From Anaerolineae bacterium (lineage in GTDB: Bacteria; Chloroflexota; Anaerolineae; JAAYZQ01): 64,000 nucleotides of DNA. Position numbers and translations under genes: made by a program. Position 1 is the stretch's first letter, and every line of letters begins with the position of its first letter. Shown piece by piece: positions 38,748 through 47,283 of the stretch. The notes beneath the pieces were generated by a model. It was not told where the DNA came from and did no database searches. It worked only from the letters and a program-made list of their open reading frames with translations. The DNA lies in contig DAOTXL010000128.1 in assembly GCA_034435455.1 (NCBI GenBank), positions 21,653 to 85,652 of the forward strand. Direction: 5' to 3'.

Positions 38748-39419
38748 TTAAGGAATGCACAACACCTGGCCAGGGTAAATGGTGTTGGCAGCACCGATCG
38801 TCAGGCCGTTTGCCGCCAGGATGCTGTAGGGCGATACTCCGTAATTCCGCGCGATCTGCCACACCCATTCGCCCGAGCGGACGGTGTGGCGGATCCGGCA
38901 GCCGGTGCCTGTTCCGCTCGAGGCACCCGTTCCGCCGGGGATTTTGAGCTTTTGCCCCGGATAGATCTGGTCGGGGTTGACCAGGTTGTTGGCCCGGGCA
39001 ATGGCCTGCCAGGTGGTGCCATAGGCCCGGGCGATGGAGGACAGGGTTTCGCCCCGTTGGACGGTGTGCCAGACCGCCCCTCCTCCGGTGCTGGAGGGCG
39101 GTTCGGCGGTGGGGGACTCGACCACCGGCGGGGCAGGGGTAGCCATCGGTTCGGCGGTAGCCATGGGGACGGCTCCGGGGGTGGCGGTTGGCTGCCCGGT
39201 GCCCGGCGTGGGCAAGGGCGTGACCACCGATACCACCGTTTGCCCTGGCCCAGGGGTTACCTCTACCGCTGTTGTCGCTGCGGCGGTGGGCAACGGCTCT
39301 TCCCCCTGGGGGACCTCGGTGGGGCGCGGCTTGGGGGTCCTGGTGCAACCGGCCAGGCTGCTCAGCATCACCGCCGCCACCAGCAAAGAGATGATCGGGG
39401 TTGACGTTTTACATTTCAT
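38748..39419 (-). CDS. LysM-domain lipoprotein (two LysM repeats).
   Basis: LAGC lipobox, a Pro/Thr-rich linker, and two LysM domains (HTVQRGETLSSIARAYG, HTVRSGEWVWQIARNYG). AGGAGG RBS. Confidence 0.75.
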   Translation of the reverse strand: MKCKTSTPIISLLVAAVMLSSLAGCTRTPKPRPTEVPQGEEPLPTAAATTAVEVTPGPGQTVVSVVTPLPTPGTGQPTATPGAVPMATAEPMATPAPPVVESPTAEPPSSTGGGAVWHTVQRGETLSSIARAYGTTWQAIARANNLVNPDQIYPGQKLKIPGGTGASSGTGTGCRIRHTVRSGEWVWQIARNYGVSPYSILAANGLTIGAANTIYPGQVLCIP

Positions 39420-39499
39420 TGGAGCCACCTCCTGAACATTTGCCACAGGATACCCGTGGCTGGCCTTGCATGGCCAATGCAATCATACCACAACTGCGG

Positions 39500-40051
39500 T
39501 CAGACGTCAAGTGGGTGATCGGCAGCCTGTGCCTCCCGCAGCCACCGGACGATCCGGTCGGGCAGGCCCTGACGGTTGGCGGGCGTGACCTCGATCAGGG
39601 TGCCAGCAGGGCGGGCCTTGATGGCGTCCACCCAGGGGTGTGGCCTGGCCATCACCGTGGCCAGCAGCGGTTTCGGGCCAGCCAGTGCCTCCTCTACCGC
39701 CTGGCGAAACGCCGGTGAAAAAAGCTCCATCTTGCCGATTTCGTCTATCACCACCACGGTTACGTTGGGCCGGGCCAGGGCGCGGCGGATGGCCGCGACT
39801 CCTACCTGCTCCAGATCGGGCAGGTGTACCCCATACCTGCCCACGCGGTATGGGCTGGCGACGTCCACGCCGGCCAGGGTTCCCACCGGCCCATCCAGGG
39901 CCACCAGCCGAAAACCGATCCGCTGCCCCTCTTCTCGCACCTCCTGGGTGTAAAAGCCGCCGGCGGCCTCCCCCAGCCGGGCGACAACCCAGCGGATGAC
40001 GGTGGTCTTGCCCACGCCCGGTCGCCCGGTCAACAGCAGTGCCTGACCCAT
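39500..40051 (-). CDS. P-loop NTPase (THEP1/NTPase family).
   Basis: LLTGRPGVGKTT Walker A and VVIDEIG Walker B. Confidence 0.65.
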   Translation of the reverse strand: MGQALLLTGRPGVGKTTVIRWVVARLGEAAGGFYTQEVREEGQRIGFRLVALDGPVGTLAGVDVASPYRVGRYGVHLPDLEQVGVAAIRRALARPNVTVVVIDEIGKMELFSPAFRQAVEEALAGPKPLLATVMARPHPWVDAIKARPAGTLIEVTPANRQGLPDRIVRWLREAQAADHPLDV

Positions 40052-40060
40052 GTGCCGGTT

Positions 40061-41257
40061 TTAGATAACGCCCAGTTCGCGCCCCACCTTCTCGAACGCT
40101 TCCAGGCCTTTGTCCAGGTCCTCGCGGCTATGCGCGGCGGTGTTCATCACCCGGATGCGGGCCTGGCCGCGGGGCACAGTGGGGAAGCCGATGGCCATAG
40201 CAAACACGCCATTTTCAAAGAGTTTCTGCGAGAACTCTTTGGCCAGCGGGGCCTCTCCCAACATCACCGGGACGATGGGTGTCTGGGTGCGGCCGGTGTT
40301 GAAGCCCAGTTCGGCCATGCCCTTTTTGAAATATTCGGTGTTGGCCCACAGCCGGTCCACCAGCTCGGAGCTCTCTTCCAGCAGGTCCACCGCTGCCAGG
40401 CAGGCTGCCGTATCGGCGGGGGTTACCGCGCTGGAGAAGAGGAAGGGCCGCGCCTTTTGCCGCAAATAGTCCACCACCACTTTTTTCCCGGCGATGACCC
40501 CGCCCACCACGCCAAAGGCTTTGCTCAGCGTGCCGATCTCCACGTCGAACTTGCCCTGCAGGCCAAAATGATGCACGATCCCCTTGCCGCCCCCCAGGAC
40601 CCCTTCACCGTGGGCATCGTCCACCATCGTCATCACCCCATACTTTTCGGCCACTTCGTACAGTTGGTCCAGCGGGGCGATGTCGCCGTCCATGCTGAAC
40701 ACCCCATCGGTCACCAGCAGGCCGCGCCGGAACCTGGGCAGGTTCTCCCGGATCACCCGTTCGGCGTCGCGGGCATCGCAGTGCTCGTAGACGATGATCT
40801 TGGCCCCCGAAAGTCGCGCTCCGTCAATGATGCTGGCGTGGTTCAGCCGGTCGGAAAAGATGACATCCTGCGCGCCGCTGGCCTTGTCCACCCCCACCAG
40901 AGGGGGGATGGCTGCCTGGTTGGCGCAGAAACCACTTTGTACATAGAGGGCATCTTCGACGCCCTTGAATTCGGCCAGGCGCTTCTCCAGTTGGATGTGC
41001 AGGGCCTGGGTCCCGGCGATGGAGCGGACGGCGGCCGGCCCCACGCCCCATTCTTCGATGGCCCTCCTGGCCGCCTCTTTCATCTTGGGGTGGTTGGCCA
41101 GGCCCAGGTAATTGTTGGTGCAAAAGTTCAGGACCCTCTTGCCATCCACGATCATCCAGGCATCCGCCGGCGAGTCCATGACCCGCAGGTTGATGAACAG
41201 GCCCGACTCTTTCAGGTTGGCGACCTCTTCTCGAATAAAATCAAACTTGTCTGCCAT
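40061..41257 (-). CDS. kbl: Glycine C-acetyltransferase (2-amino-3-ketobutyrate CoA ligase).
   Basis: 398-aa class II aminotransferase with a PLP lysine (GTLSKAFG). Adjacent to an L-threonine dehydrogenase gene. Confidence 0.8.
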   Translation of the reverse strand: MADKFDFIREEVANLKESGLFINLRVMDSPADAWMIVDGKRVLNFCTNNYLGLANHPKMKEAARRAIEEWGVGPAAVRSIAGTQALHIQLEKRLAEFKGVEDALYVQSGFCANQAAIPPLVGVDKASGAQDVIFSDRLNHASIIDGARLSGAKIIVYEHCDARDAERVIRENLPRFRRGLLVTDGVFSMDGDIAPLDQLYEVAEKYGVMTMVDDAHGEGVLGGGKGIVHHFGLQGKFDVEIGTLSKAFGVVGGVIAGKKVVVDYLRQKARPFLFSSAVTPADTAACLAAVDLLEESSELVDRLWANTEYFKKGMAELGFNTGRTQTPIVPVMLGEAPLAKEFSQKLFENGVFAMAIGFPTVPRGQARIRVMNTAAHSREDLDKGLEAFEKVGRELGVI

Positions 41258-41272
41258 TTTTGCTCCTTTCTT

Positions 41273-42421
41273 TCACTGCTTTTCCAGGTCCAGGATCCCG
41301 GCCCAGTCTACCGTGGCGATCCAGTTGGGGCGAACGGTCCCATCCTCGGCATAGCGGGGTCCCCGGGGGGCACTGACCCCTGGCAGGCCGACCTCTGCCG
41401 CTTTCCTCTTTAGCTCTCCCACGATTTTGTCGGCCCACGAGGGGGGCAGCCAGTAGCGGGTGCCCCACGACCCCAGAAAGTTGGAGGTCCAGGGTTCGGA
41501 GGTCAGGTCGATCCGCCGCTGCCAGTCAGCCGGTTCGAGGGTCAATCCGTCGCCGGTGGCATAGTCCACCAGGCCGTAGATCTTGATCAGATCATATTCT
41601 TTGCGCTCTGGGTAGGTTGCATGAGAGCCGCCGGCTACGTATGCAACCGGGTGGTTGCCGTCCAGGGTCACGTCACGATGTTTCCAGGGTTTGGTCAGGC
41701 GGGAATGGTGGCCTACGTAGGTCAGGTAGGCCGGCGGTTCCTGAAAGTTGCCTGCGGAGTTCAGGCGGAAAAAGAGGTACATCCCCTCCCAGTCACCTTC
41801 ATGGTCGTTCATGCCGCCGAAGGAGGTGGCCCAATCGTTGTAGCCGTAGAAGAACCAGTATTGCAGGCAAAGGTAGTCGCGGTCCCGGCTGAGGCGGTGG
41901 TAGTAGGTATAATTGGGCCGGTCGGGCTGGCTGCGGGCATAGTTTTCGGCGGCGGCCTGCTGGATTTCGGGCGGCAGGTTCAGGCGCGGCAGGTCCTGTG
42001 GAGAACGTTTGCCCTGGGCCAGCAGGCTCAGCACCAGGTCGTTCCACCAGAACAGGCCGGCTGCCTTCTGGGTCTTGGCGCTGAGCCAGCGGTAGGCCAG
42101 CCGAGCCAGTTCCTCCTGCCAGTGCGTGACCCGGTATGACACGGCGCCGAGCGCGTTCAAGATATCGGTGCCCCAGCGGGCGATCACCTCCTGATCGGCC
42201 AGGGAGGCCGATACCGATTGGAGGTAGAGGTCCGGCTGATGGCGGTAGTGCTGCGCCAGCCGGGAAGGGAAGACCTGCCCCTGGCCGGCAAGCGGGGTGG
42301 CGACCCCTTTCTGGCGGAGGGTACAGTAGCCCACGAAGTCGTCCACGGCCATGGGGTAGAACTGTTCCCCCCTGGCGAACTGCAGGATCGGGACATATTT
42401 TTCGTGCAGGGCCTCGGCCAT
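41273..42421 (-). CDS. Hypothetical protein (382 aa), possibly Vps62/DUF946-like.
   Basis: Long ORF with a YWFFYGYNDWATSFGGMNDHEGDWEGMYLFF motif. No confident family assignment. Confidence 0.45.
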   Translation of the reverse strand: MAEALHEKYVPILQFARGEQFYPMAVDDFVGYCTLRQKGVATPLAGQGQVFPSRLAQHYRHQPDLYLQSVSASLADQEVIARWGTDILNALGAVSYRVTHWQEELARLAYRWLSAKTQKAAGLFWWNDLVLSLLAQGKRSPQDLPRLNLPPEIQQAAAENYARSQPDRPNYTYYHRLSRDRDYLCLQYWFFYGYNDWATSFGGMNDHEGDWEGMYLFFRLNSAGNFQEPPAYLTYVGHHSRLTKPWKHRDVTLDGNHPVAYVAGGSHATYPERKEYDLIKIYGLVDYATGDGLTLEPADWQRRIDLTSEPWTSNFLGSWGTRYWLPPSWADKIVGELKRKAAEVGLPGVSAPRGPRYAEDGTVRPNWIATVDWAGILDLEKQ

Positions 42422-42518
42422 GACTTTCCCTTTTTGTGAGATCTCGGCCGCCTGCCGTTCAGGACTGCTGAAAAAGTCCTGAAGCCTGACCGCCGAGGCG
42501 CCGAGAACGCAGAGAATC

Positions 42519-42640
42519 TGACAGCTTGTCTGAAAACCACCAAGGACACGAAAGACACCAAGGATTTTCAGCTATTTCCTTTGTGTTCCTTTATGACCTT
42601 AGCCTGTGTGACCACCTTTTCAGACTAGCCCTGAGAGCAA
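42519..42640. repeat. MITE-like palindromic repeat, copy 1 (core 42527-42624).
   Basis: About 92% identical to the inverted copy at 58068-58165. Termini GTCTGAAAA...TTTTCAGAC. Internal direct repeat ACCAAGGACAC. Confidence 0.6.
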
Positions 42641-42707
42641 TGGCCTGAAAATCTCCGCGCCCTCCGCCTCTGCGGTTGAGACAAAGGTTTTTCAGCCCCT
42701 CCTGGCC

Positions 42708-43691
42708 TCAGGCTTCCTGGCCGCCCGGATACAGCCGGCCCTCGGCATGGCGGCGGGTCAGCCGGGCCAGCATGTCGATCACCATGGCGGGCAGGTCATA
42801 GTCGGGCTGCCAGCCCCATTCCTGGCGGGCGGCGCTGTCGTCAATGGAGCGCGGCCATGAATCGGCGATCGCCTGCCGAAAGTCCGGCTCATAGCTTACC
42901 TCAAAATCGGGGATGTGCTTCTGGATCTCGGCGGCCAGCTCGCCCGCCGAAAAGCTCATGGCGGCCAGGTTAAAGTCGGTGTGGTGCTTGAGCCGTGCCA
43001 GGTCGGCTTCCATCAGGTCTATGGTGGCCTTGATGCAGTCGGGCATGTACATCATCGGCAGGACGGTGTCTTGACGCACGAAGCAGGTGTAGCGTTTGTG
43101 GGCCACCGCTTCGTAAAAGATGGCGACGGCATAGTCGGTGGTGCCCCCCCCGGGCAGCGTTTCGGCGCTGATGATGCCCGGATAGCGCACCCCGCGCACA
43201 TCTACCCCAAAGCGCCGCACGTAATAGTTCCCCAGCAGCTCGCCGGTGACCTTGGTGATGCCGTACATCGTGGTGGGGCGGAGGACGGTTTCCTGGGGGG
43301 TGTGGTCGCGGGGGGTCTCTGGGCCGAACGCGGCAATCGAGCTGGGACAAAAGACCCGGGTCAAACCTCGCTCGCGGGCTATCTCCAGGACGTTGTACAG
43401 GCCGTTGATGTTCACGTCCCAACACAGGTGCGGTTTTTGCTCCCCGACCGCCGAGAGGATGGCCGCCATGTGGTAGATGGTATCGATCTGGTATTTTTCG
43501 ACGACCGCTTCCAGGGCTGCCCGGTCGGTGACGTCGAGAAATTCAAAGGGGCCGCCTTCATACAGAACAGCGCCCGGCTTTGTCCTGTGTCCGGCGGCCA
43601 CCACATTCTCCGCGCCGTAGCGCCGGCGCAGTTCCACCGTCAATTCCGAGCCGATCTGACCGACCGCCCCGGTTACGAGGATTTTCTTCAT
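42708..43691 (-). CDS. tdh: L-threonine 3-dehydrogenase (NAD-dependent epimerase/dehydratase-type).
   Basis: MKKILVTGAVGQIGSEL...YGITK motifs. Paired with kbl. Confidence 0.75.
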   Translation of the reverse strand: MKKILVTGAVGQIGSELTVELRRRYGAENVVAAGHRTKPGAVLYEGGPFEFLDVTDRAALEAVVEKYQIDTIYHMAAILSAVGEQKPHLCWDVNINGLYNVLEIARERGLTRVFCPSSIAAFGPETPRDHTPQETVLRPTTMYGITKVTGELLGNYYVRRFGVDVRGVRYPGIISAETLPGGGTTDYAVAIFYEAVAHKRYTCFVRQDTVLPMMYMPDCIKATIDLMEADLARLKHHTDFNLAAMSFSAGELAAEIQKHIPDFEVSYEPDFRQAIADSWPRSIDDSAARQEWGWQPDYDLPAMVIDMLARLTRRHAEGRLYPGGQEA

Positions 43692-43969
43692 TTCTCTTCT
43701 TTCTGTCATAGAAAGGTCCCCCTGTCGTTGGATAGGCGGTGTGAGTATATCACAGCTCTCCCATTTCGTCAAACCCATCTTCACCAGGGGGAGAGGGCAG
43801 GTTGGGTCCGGGCCCCTTGCGCCCGGCAGGGCCCGCCGGGGGGTTCTTCAGGGCGACCCGGTTCACAGAGATGCCGGTCAACGGCGTCCTGACCGACCCT
43901 CTGCCGCCTGCTCCTCGACGGGGGGCGCCGAAGGAGCTGCCTGTGGCGCGGAGGGGCGTCTCCGCCCCT

Positions 43970-44308
43970 TCAGGCGGAGGAACAGGGTGACGCCCTTTCG
44001 GCTCCGCCGGAACCTTCCGTACACCGATCCAGGTAGCCGTCCATGTCGGCCGAGACCACACGGGCCCGTTGGTTTATCTCTTCCAGCACGCGCATGATCG
44101 CCCAGGAGACCATGAGCTGCACCCCAACCAGGATCAACATGGCGCTGCCCAACAGGTACAGCCGCAGCCTGCTTACCGGCCAACCGGCAAAGCCGAACCT
44201 CAGGCTGATGGCGCCGGCCACCAGCCCGGCCAACACGGCCAGCAGCCCCATCCAGCCAAAGTGTCGGTCCAGTGGCGGGTCAAAGATCGGCCTGCCAAAC
44301 AGCCCCTG
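43970..44308 (-). CDS. In-frame continuation of the GT2 gene after the TGA (C-terminal two TM helices). Either a readthrough/recoding product or a pseudogene remnant.
   Basis: Same reading frame as 44309-45235. QGLFGRPIFDPPLDRHFGWMGLLAVLAGLV...LLGSAMLILVGVQLMVSWAIMRVL is typical of the GT2 C-terminal membrane anchor. Confidence 0.45.
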   Translation of the reverse strand, partial: QGLFGRPIFDPPLDRHFGWMGLLAVLAGLVAGAISLRFGFAGWPVSRLRLYLLGSAMLILVGVQLMVSWAIMRVLEEINQRARVVSADMDGYLDRCTEGSGGAERASPCSSA

Positions 44309-45235
44309 TCACACCGGCTGGCGGTGGAACAGCGATACCAGGTAGTTGAAGGTGGCTCCCAGGCTAAAGATGCTGACCCCGCTCACCGTCAGCACCTGGG
44401 CGGCAAACAGCCCCAGGGTGCCCCATGTGCCCAGTTCGGTGATGCCCCGCAGGCGCACCACCACCAACGCCAGGCCCACGAGCCCCGCCAGGGCCACACA
44501 GGCTGCCCCGATCGCTCCCAGCAGCCGCACCGGATTGTATTGCAGGGCGGTCCAGACGATCGAGTGCAGAAAGCGGGTGCCGTTGCCGAGGATGGTGAGC
44601 TTGGAGCGGCCCAGCCGTTCGGCATAAGGGATCGGGACCTCGACCATGGTCAGCCCTTCGTGCAGGGCGCGGGTGCTCATCACCGGGGTAAAGTTCAGGC
44701 CGTCGGGGAGGGGATAGAGACGGGGGAGAACCTCCCGCCGGATGAGCCGCATCCCGCTGGCGCTGTCGGAAACACGCTGGTTGCCGAGCAGGCTGACCAG
44801 GGCGGCGAACAAGAGGTTGCCTGCCCGCCGGCTGAGGGGCATTTCACTCCTGGCCCCCGCCATGTGCGAGCCGATGACCAGGTCGGCCTGCTGCTGCCGC
44901 GCGGCATCCAGCAGGGTGGGGAACTGTTCGGGCGGGTAGGTGCCGTCGGCGTCGAGGAACCCCAACCATTTCCCCTGGGCCTGGGCGAAACCGGTCTTGA
45001 GGGCCGCACCATAGCCGTGGTGGGTGGGATGGCGCACCGGCTTTACAGCGGGGTAGCGGGCGGCGATCTCGGCCGTGCGGTCGCGGGAGCCATCGTCCAC
45101 GACGATCAGCTCCAACTCTGCGCCCCTTGCCTCCAACGCCGGGCGGGTGGCCAGCACCCGCTCGATAATGCAGGCGATGCCGTCCTCTTCGTTGTAGGCC
45201 GGAATGACGATTGAGAGTATCTCTTTGTTTTGCAT
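44309..45235 (-). CDS. Family 2 glycosyltransferase (Dpm1/GtrB-like), catalytic domain plus two TM helices. Ends at an in-frame TGA.
   Basis: [20 protein letters not shown]...[10 protein letters not shown]...DADGTY. Stop TGA at 44311-44309. Confidence 0.8.
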   Translation of the reverse strand: MQNKEILSIVIPAYNEEDGIACIIERVLATRPALEARGAELELIVVDDGSRDRTAEIAARYPAVKPVRHPTHHGYGAALKTGFAQAQGKWLGFLDADGTYPPEQFPTLLDAARQQQADLVIGSHMAGARSEMPLSRRAGNLLFAALVSLLGNQRVSDSASGMRLIRREVLPRLYPLPDGLNFTPVMSTRALHEGLTMVEVPIPYAERLGRSKLTILGNGTRFLHSIVWTALQYNPVRLLGAIGAACVALAGLVGLALVVVRLRGITELGTWGTLGLFAAQVLTVSGVSIFSLGATFNYLVSLFHRQPV

Positions 45236-45649
45236 GGTTCTTTTCCCTCCCCTCTGCCGAGCTGAACCTTTCCGGGGGTTGGGGGACCGCCGTTGCAAAA
45301 CCCCATTGCCTCTCCCTGCACTGCATGGCGGCGGTGATCCATTGTTCGCATCCAGTACACAATACTCTGGCGGCATTGTCAATAGCCTGGCAATGTTAGC
45401 ATTTGGATGGCGACAGGCACCACACGGATTCTGACACGGATACACGGAGGGCTCATGTTTAGATCGGGTGCAAAGGAATTGGCCGCCTACCACCGTCTAT
45501 TGTGTTCTCCTCGCTTTGCGCCGCTCAGGGGGAGGGGTGAGGCACCGCCACGCTGCACGAATTCTGGACATGAGCCACACGGAGAAGCCCCCTGCCTTCT
45601 TTCCCCGGTGAGGCCTCTGCTGCCGTTGCGCGTGAGGGGAGCATCCTCT

Positions 45650-45679
45650 TTGACACCGGTCGGACTCGTGTTATAATGC
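45650..45679 (+). promoter_or_regulatory. Sigma-70-like promoter (TTGACA - 16 nt - TATAAT) for the MttB-family gene.
   Basis: ttgacaccggtcggactcgtgttataat: both hexamers match the consensus exactly. Confidence 0.55.
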
Positions 45680-45726
45680 TCCCCGTTTGGCAACGCCAAC
45701 AGGGGCGCCCAATAGCAACCAGGGGC

Positions 45727-45797
45727 AGTTTTGAAAGAGTCGCCCTGTTCCCTGGCACGCCACCAGGGATGAAAAGGGTAGGGGCAGCCCTCGCGGC
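45727..45797 (+). ncRNA. Conserved two-hairpin leader RNA motif, copy A (upstream of the MttB-family gene).
   Basis: H1 is TCCCTGG-CACGCCA-CCAGGGA. H2 is GGGCAGCC-CTCGC-GGCTGCCC. About 80% identical to the minus-strand copy at 53128-53199, with compensatory base-pair substitutions. Confidence 0.55.
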
Positions 45798-45862
45798 TGC
45801 CCGGGGGACAGGGGCAAGCCCTGCCCCTACCGGTCCGCCGTTTATTTTCAAGGGAGTCCAAG

Positions 45863-47281
45863 ATGGCTGTCGTCCAACCTAAAATTTCTGTTCTGACGCC
45901 GGAGCAGATCGAGCAGGTTCACCATTACGCACTGGGCATCCTGTCGTCAGTGGGGGTGCGGGTGGATTCGGAGCGGGCCAGGCGGCTGCTGGCTCAGGCC
46001 GTCGGACCGGCCGGCATTGCCGGCGATCGGGTGCGCATTCCCGGTGAACTGGTCGAGTGGGCCCTGGCGGCTGCCCCCCGTGCGGTGGAGGTCTATGACC
46101 GGCGGGGCAACCTGGCCTTCCGCCTGCCGGACCGGGCGCGGTTTGGCATCGGCGTGACGGTCCTCTACTACCAGGACCCTGAGACCGATGCGGTGGTGCC
46201 CTTTGGCCGGCAGCATATGGCGGCCATGGTCCGCCTGGGTGGGGCGCTGCCCAATTTCGATGTTATTTCGACCGTAGGCATCGTTCAGGACGTGCCGCCA
46301 GAGGTGTCGGACCTGTACGCGGCGCTGGAGATGGTTGCCAATACGGTCAAGCCGCTGGTCCTCCTGGTCTCCGATGAGGAGGCCTTTCCTGTGGTGCTCG
46401 ACCTGCTGGAAGAACTGCATGGCGACCTGTCTTCTCGCCCGTTCGTCATCCCCTATTTCAACCCTATTACGCCGCTGGTGATCAACCGGGGCACGGCCGA
46501 CAAGATGGTGGCGGCCATTGAGCGCGGCCTGCCGTTCATCTATTCCAACTATGGCATGGCCGGCGCCTCTACGCCGATCACCCCGGCCGGGACGCTGGCC
46601 CTGCTGACGGCCGAACTTCTGGCCGGCCTGGTCCTCAGCCAGTTGATCCGGGAGGGTGCGCCGGTGATCCTCGGCAGCCTGCCGGCATTCTTTGACATGA
46701 GGGGCATGGGCAGCTTTTACGATCCGGCGAGCTATGGGGTGGACCTGGCCTGTGCGGAGATGATGGCTCACTATCGCCTGCCCCACGCCGGCACGTCGGG
46801 GGCGGGCATGGGCTGGGGGCCGGACCTCATCGCTGCCGGGCACCAATGGCTCAACCACCTGGTGAGCTGCATCGGCCAGGTGGGATTGGTCCCCTTTGTG
46901 GGCGATAATTTGGGGTCCAAGGCCTTCTCGCCGGCCATTATCGTCTATGCCGACGAGATCATCGCCCAGGCCCGGCGGTTTGCCCAGGGCTTTTCCCTGG
47001 ATGACGAGGCGGTGGCCCTGGAAGAGATCGCGCAGGCCGGGCCGGGCGGCAGCTTTCTGACCTCAGGCCTGACGCTCAGGCTGTTCCGCCGCGCCTGCTA
47101 CCGCAGCGACCTCTTTCCCATCCTGACCCTGGAGGAGTGGCAGGCCAGAGGGTGTCCGCGGGCCGACGATCTGCTGCGGCAACGTACCCGGCAGTTGCTG
47201 GCCGAGGCAGAGGCCCCGGCCGACCATGCCGGGCTGCTCGCAAGCGGCGAGGCTTTCATCCGTAGCCGGGCGGTCCGTTGA
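45863..47281 (+). CDS. MttB-superfamily methyltransferase (non-pyrrolysine member; trimethylamine / glycine betaine:corrinoid methyltransferase-like).
   Basis: 472 aa with COG5598/MttB-like TIM-barrel architecture and no in-frame TAG. AGGGAG RBS. Confidence 0.7.
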   Translation: MAVVQPKISVLTPEQIEQVHHYALGILSSVGVRVDSERARRLLAQAVGPAGIAGDRVRIPGELVEWALAAAPRAVEVYDRRGNLAFRLPDRARFGIGVTVLYYQDPETDAVVPFGRQHMAAMVRLGGALPNFDVISTVGIVQDVPPEVSDLYAALEMVANTVKPLVLLVSDEEAFPVVLDLLEELHGDLSSRPFVIPYFNPITPLVINRGTADKMVAAIERGLPFIYSNYGMAGASTPITPAGTLALLTAELLAGLVLSQLIREGAPVILGSLPAFFDMRGMGSFYDPASYGVDLACAEMMAHYRLPHAGTSGAGMGWGPDLIAAGHQWLNHLVSCIGQVGLVPFVGDNLGSKAFSPAIIVYADEIIAQARRFAQGFSLDDEAVALEEIAQAGPGGSFLTSGLTLRLFRRACYRSDLFPILTLEEWQARGCPRADDLLRQRTRQLLAEAEAPADHAGLLASGEAFIRSRAVR

Positions 47282-47283
47282 CC

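Noticed and set aside
44251-44320. Selenocysteine insertion at the GT2 in-frame TGA.
   Set aside because: No convincing SECIS-like hairpin lies 10-25 nt downstream, and GT2 enzymes are not known selenoproteins. Retained only as a readthrough/pseudogene question.
45680-45862. Cobalamin riboswitch upstream of the MttB-family gene.
   Set aside because: GCCACCAGGGA resembles a B12 box. However, the GGGAA, GGUG-AA-UCC and CCCGC-AC-GU core blocks are absent, so the element was reported as a new motif instead.
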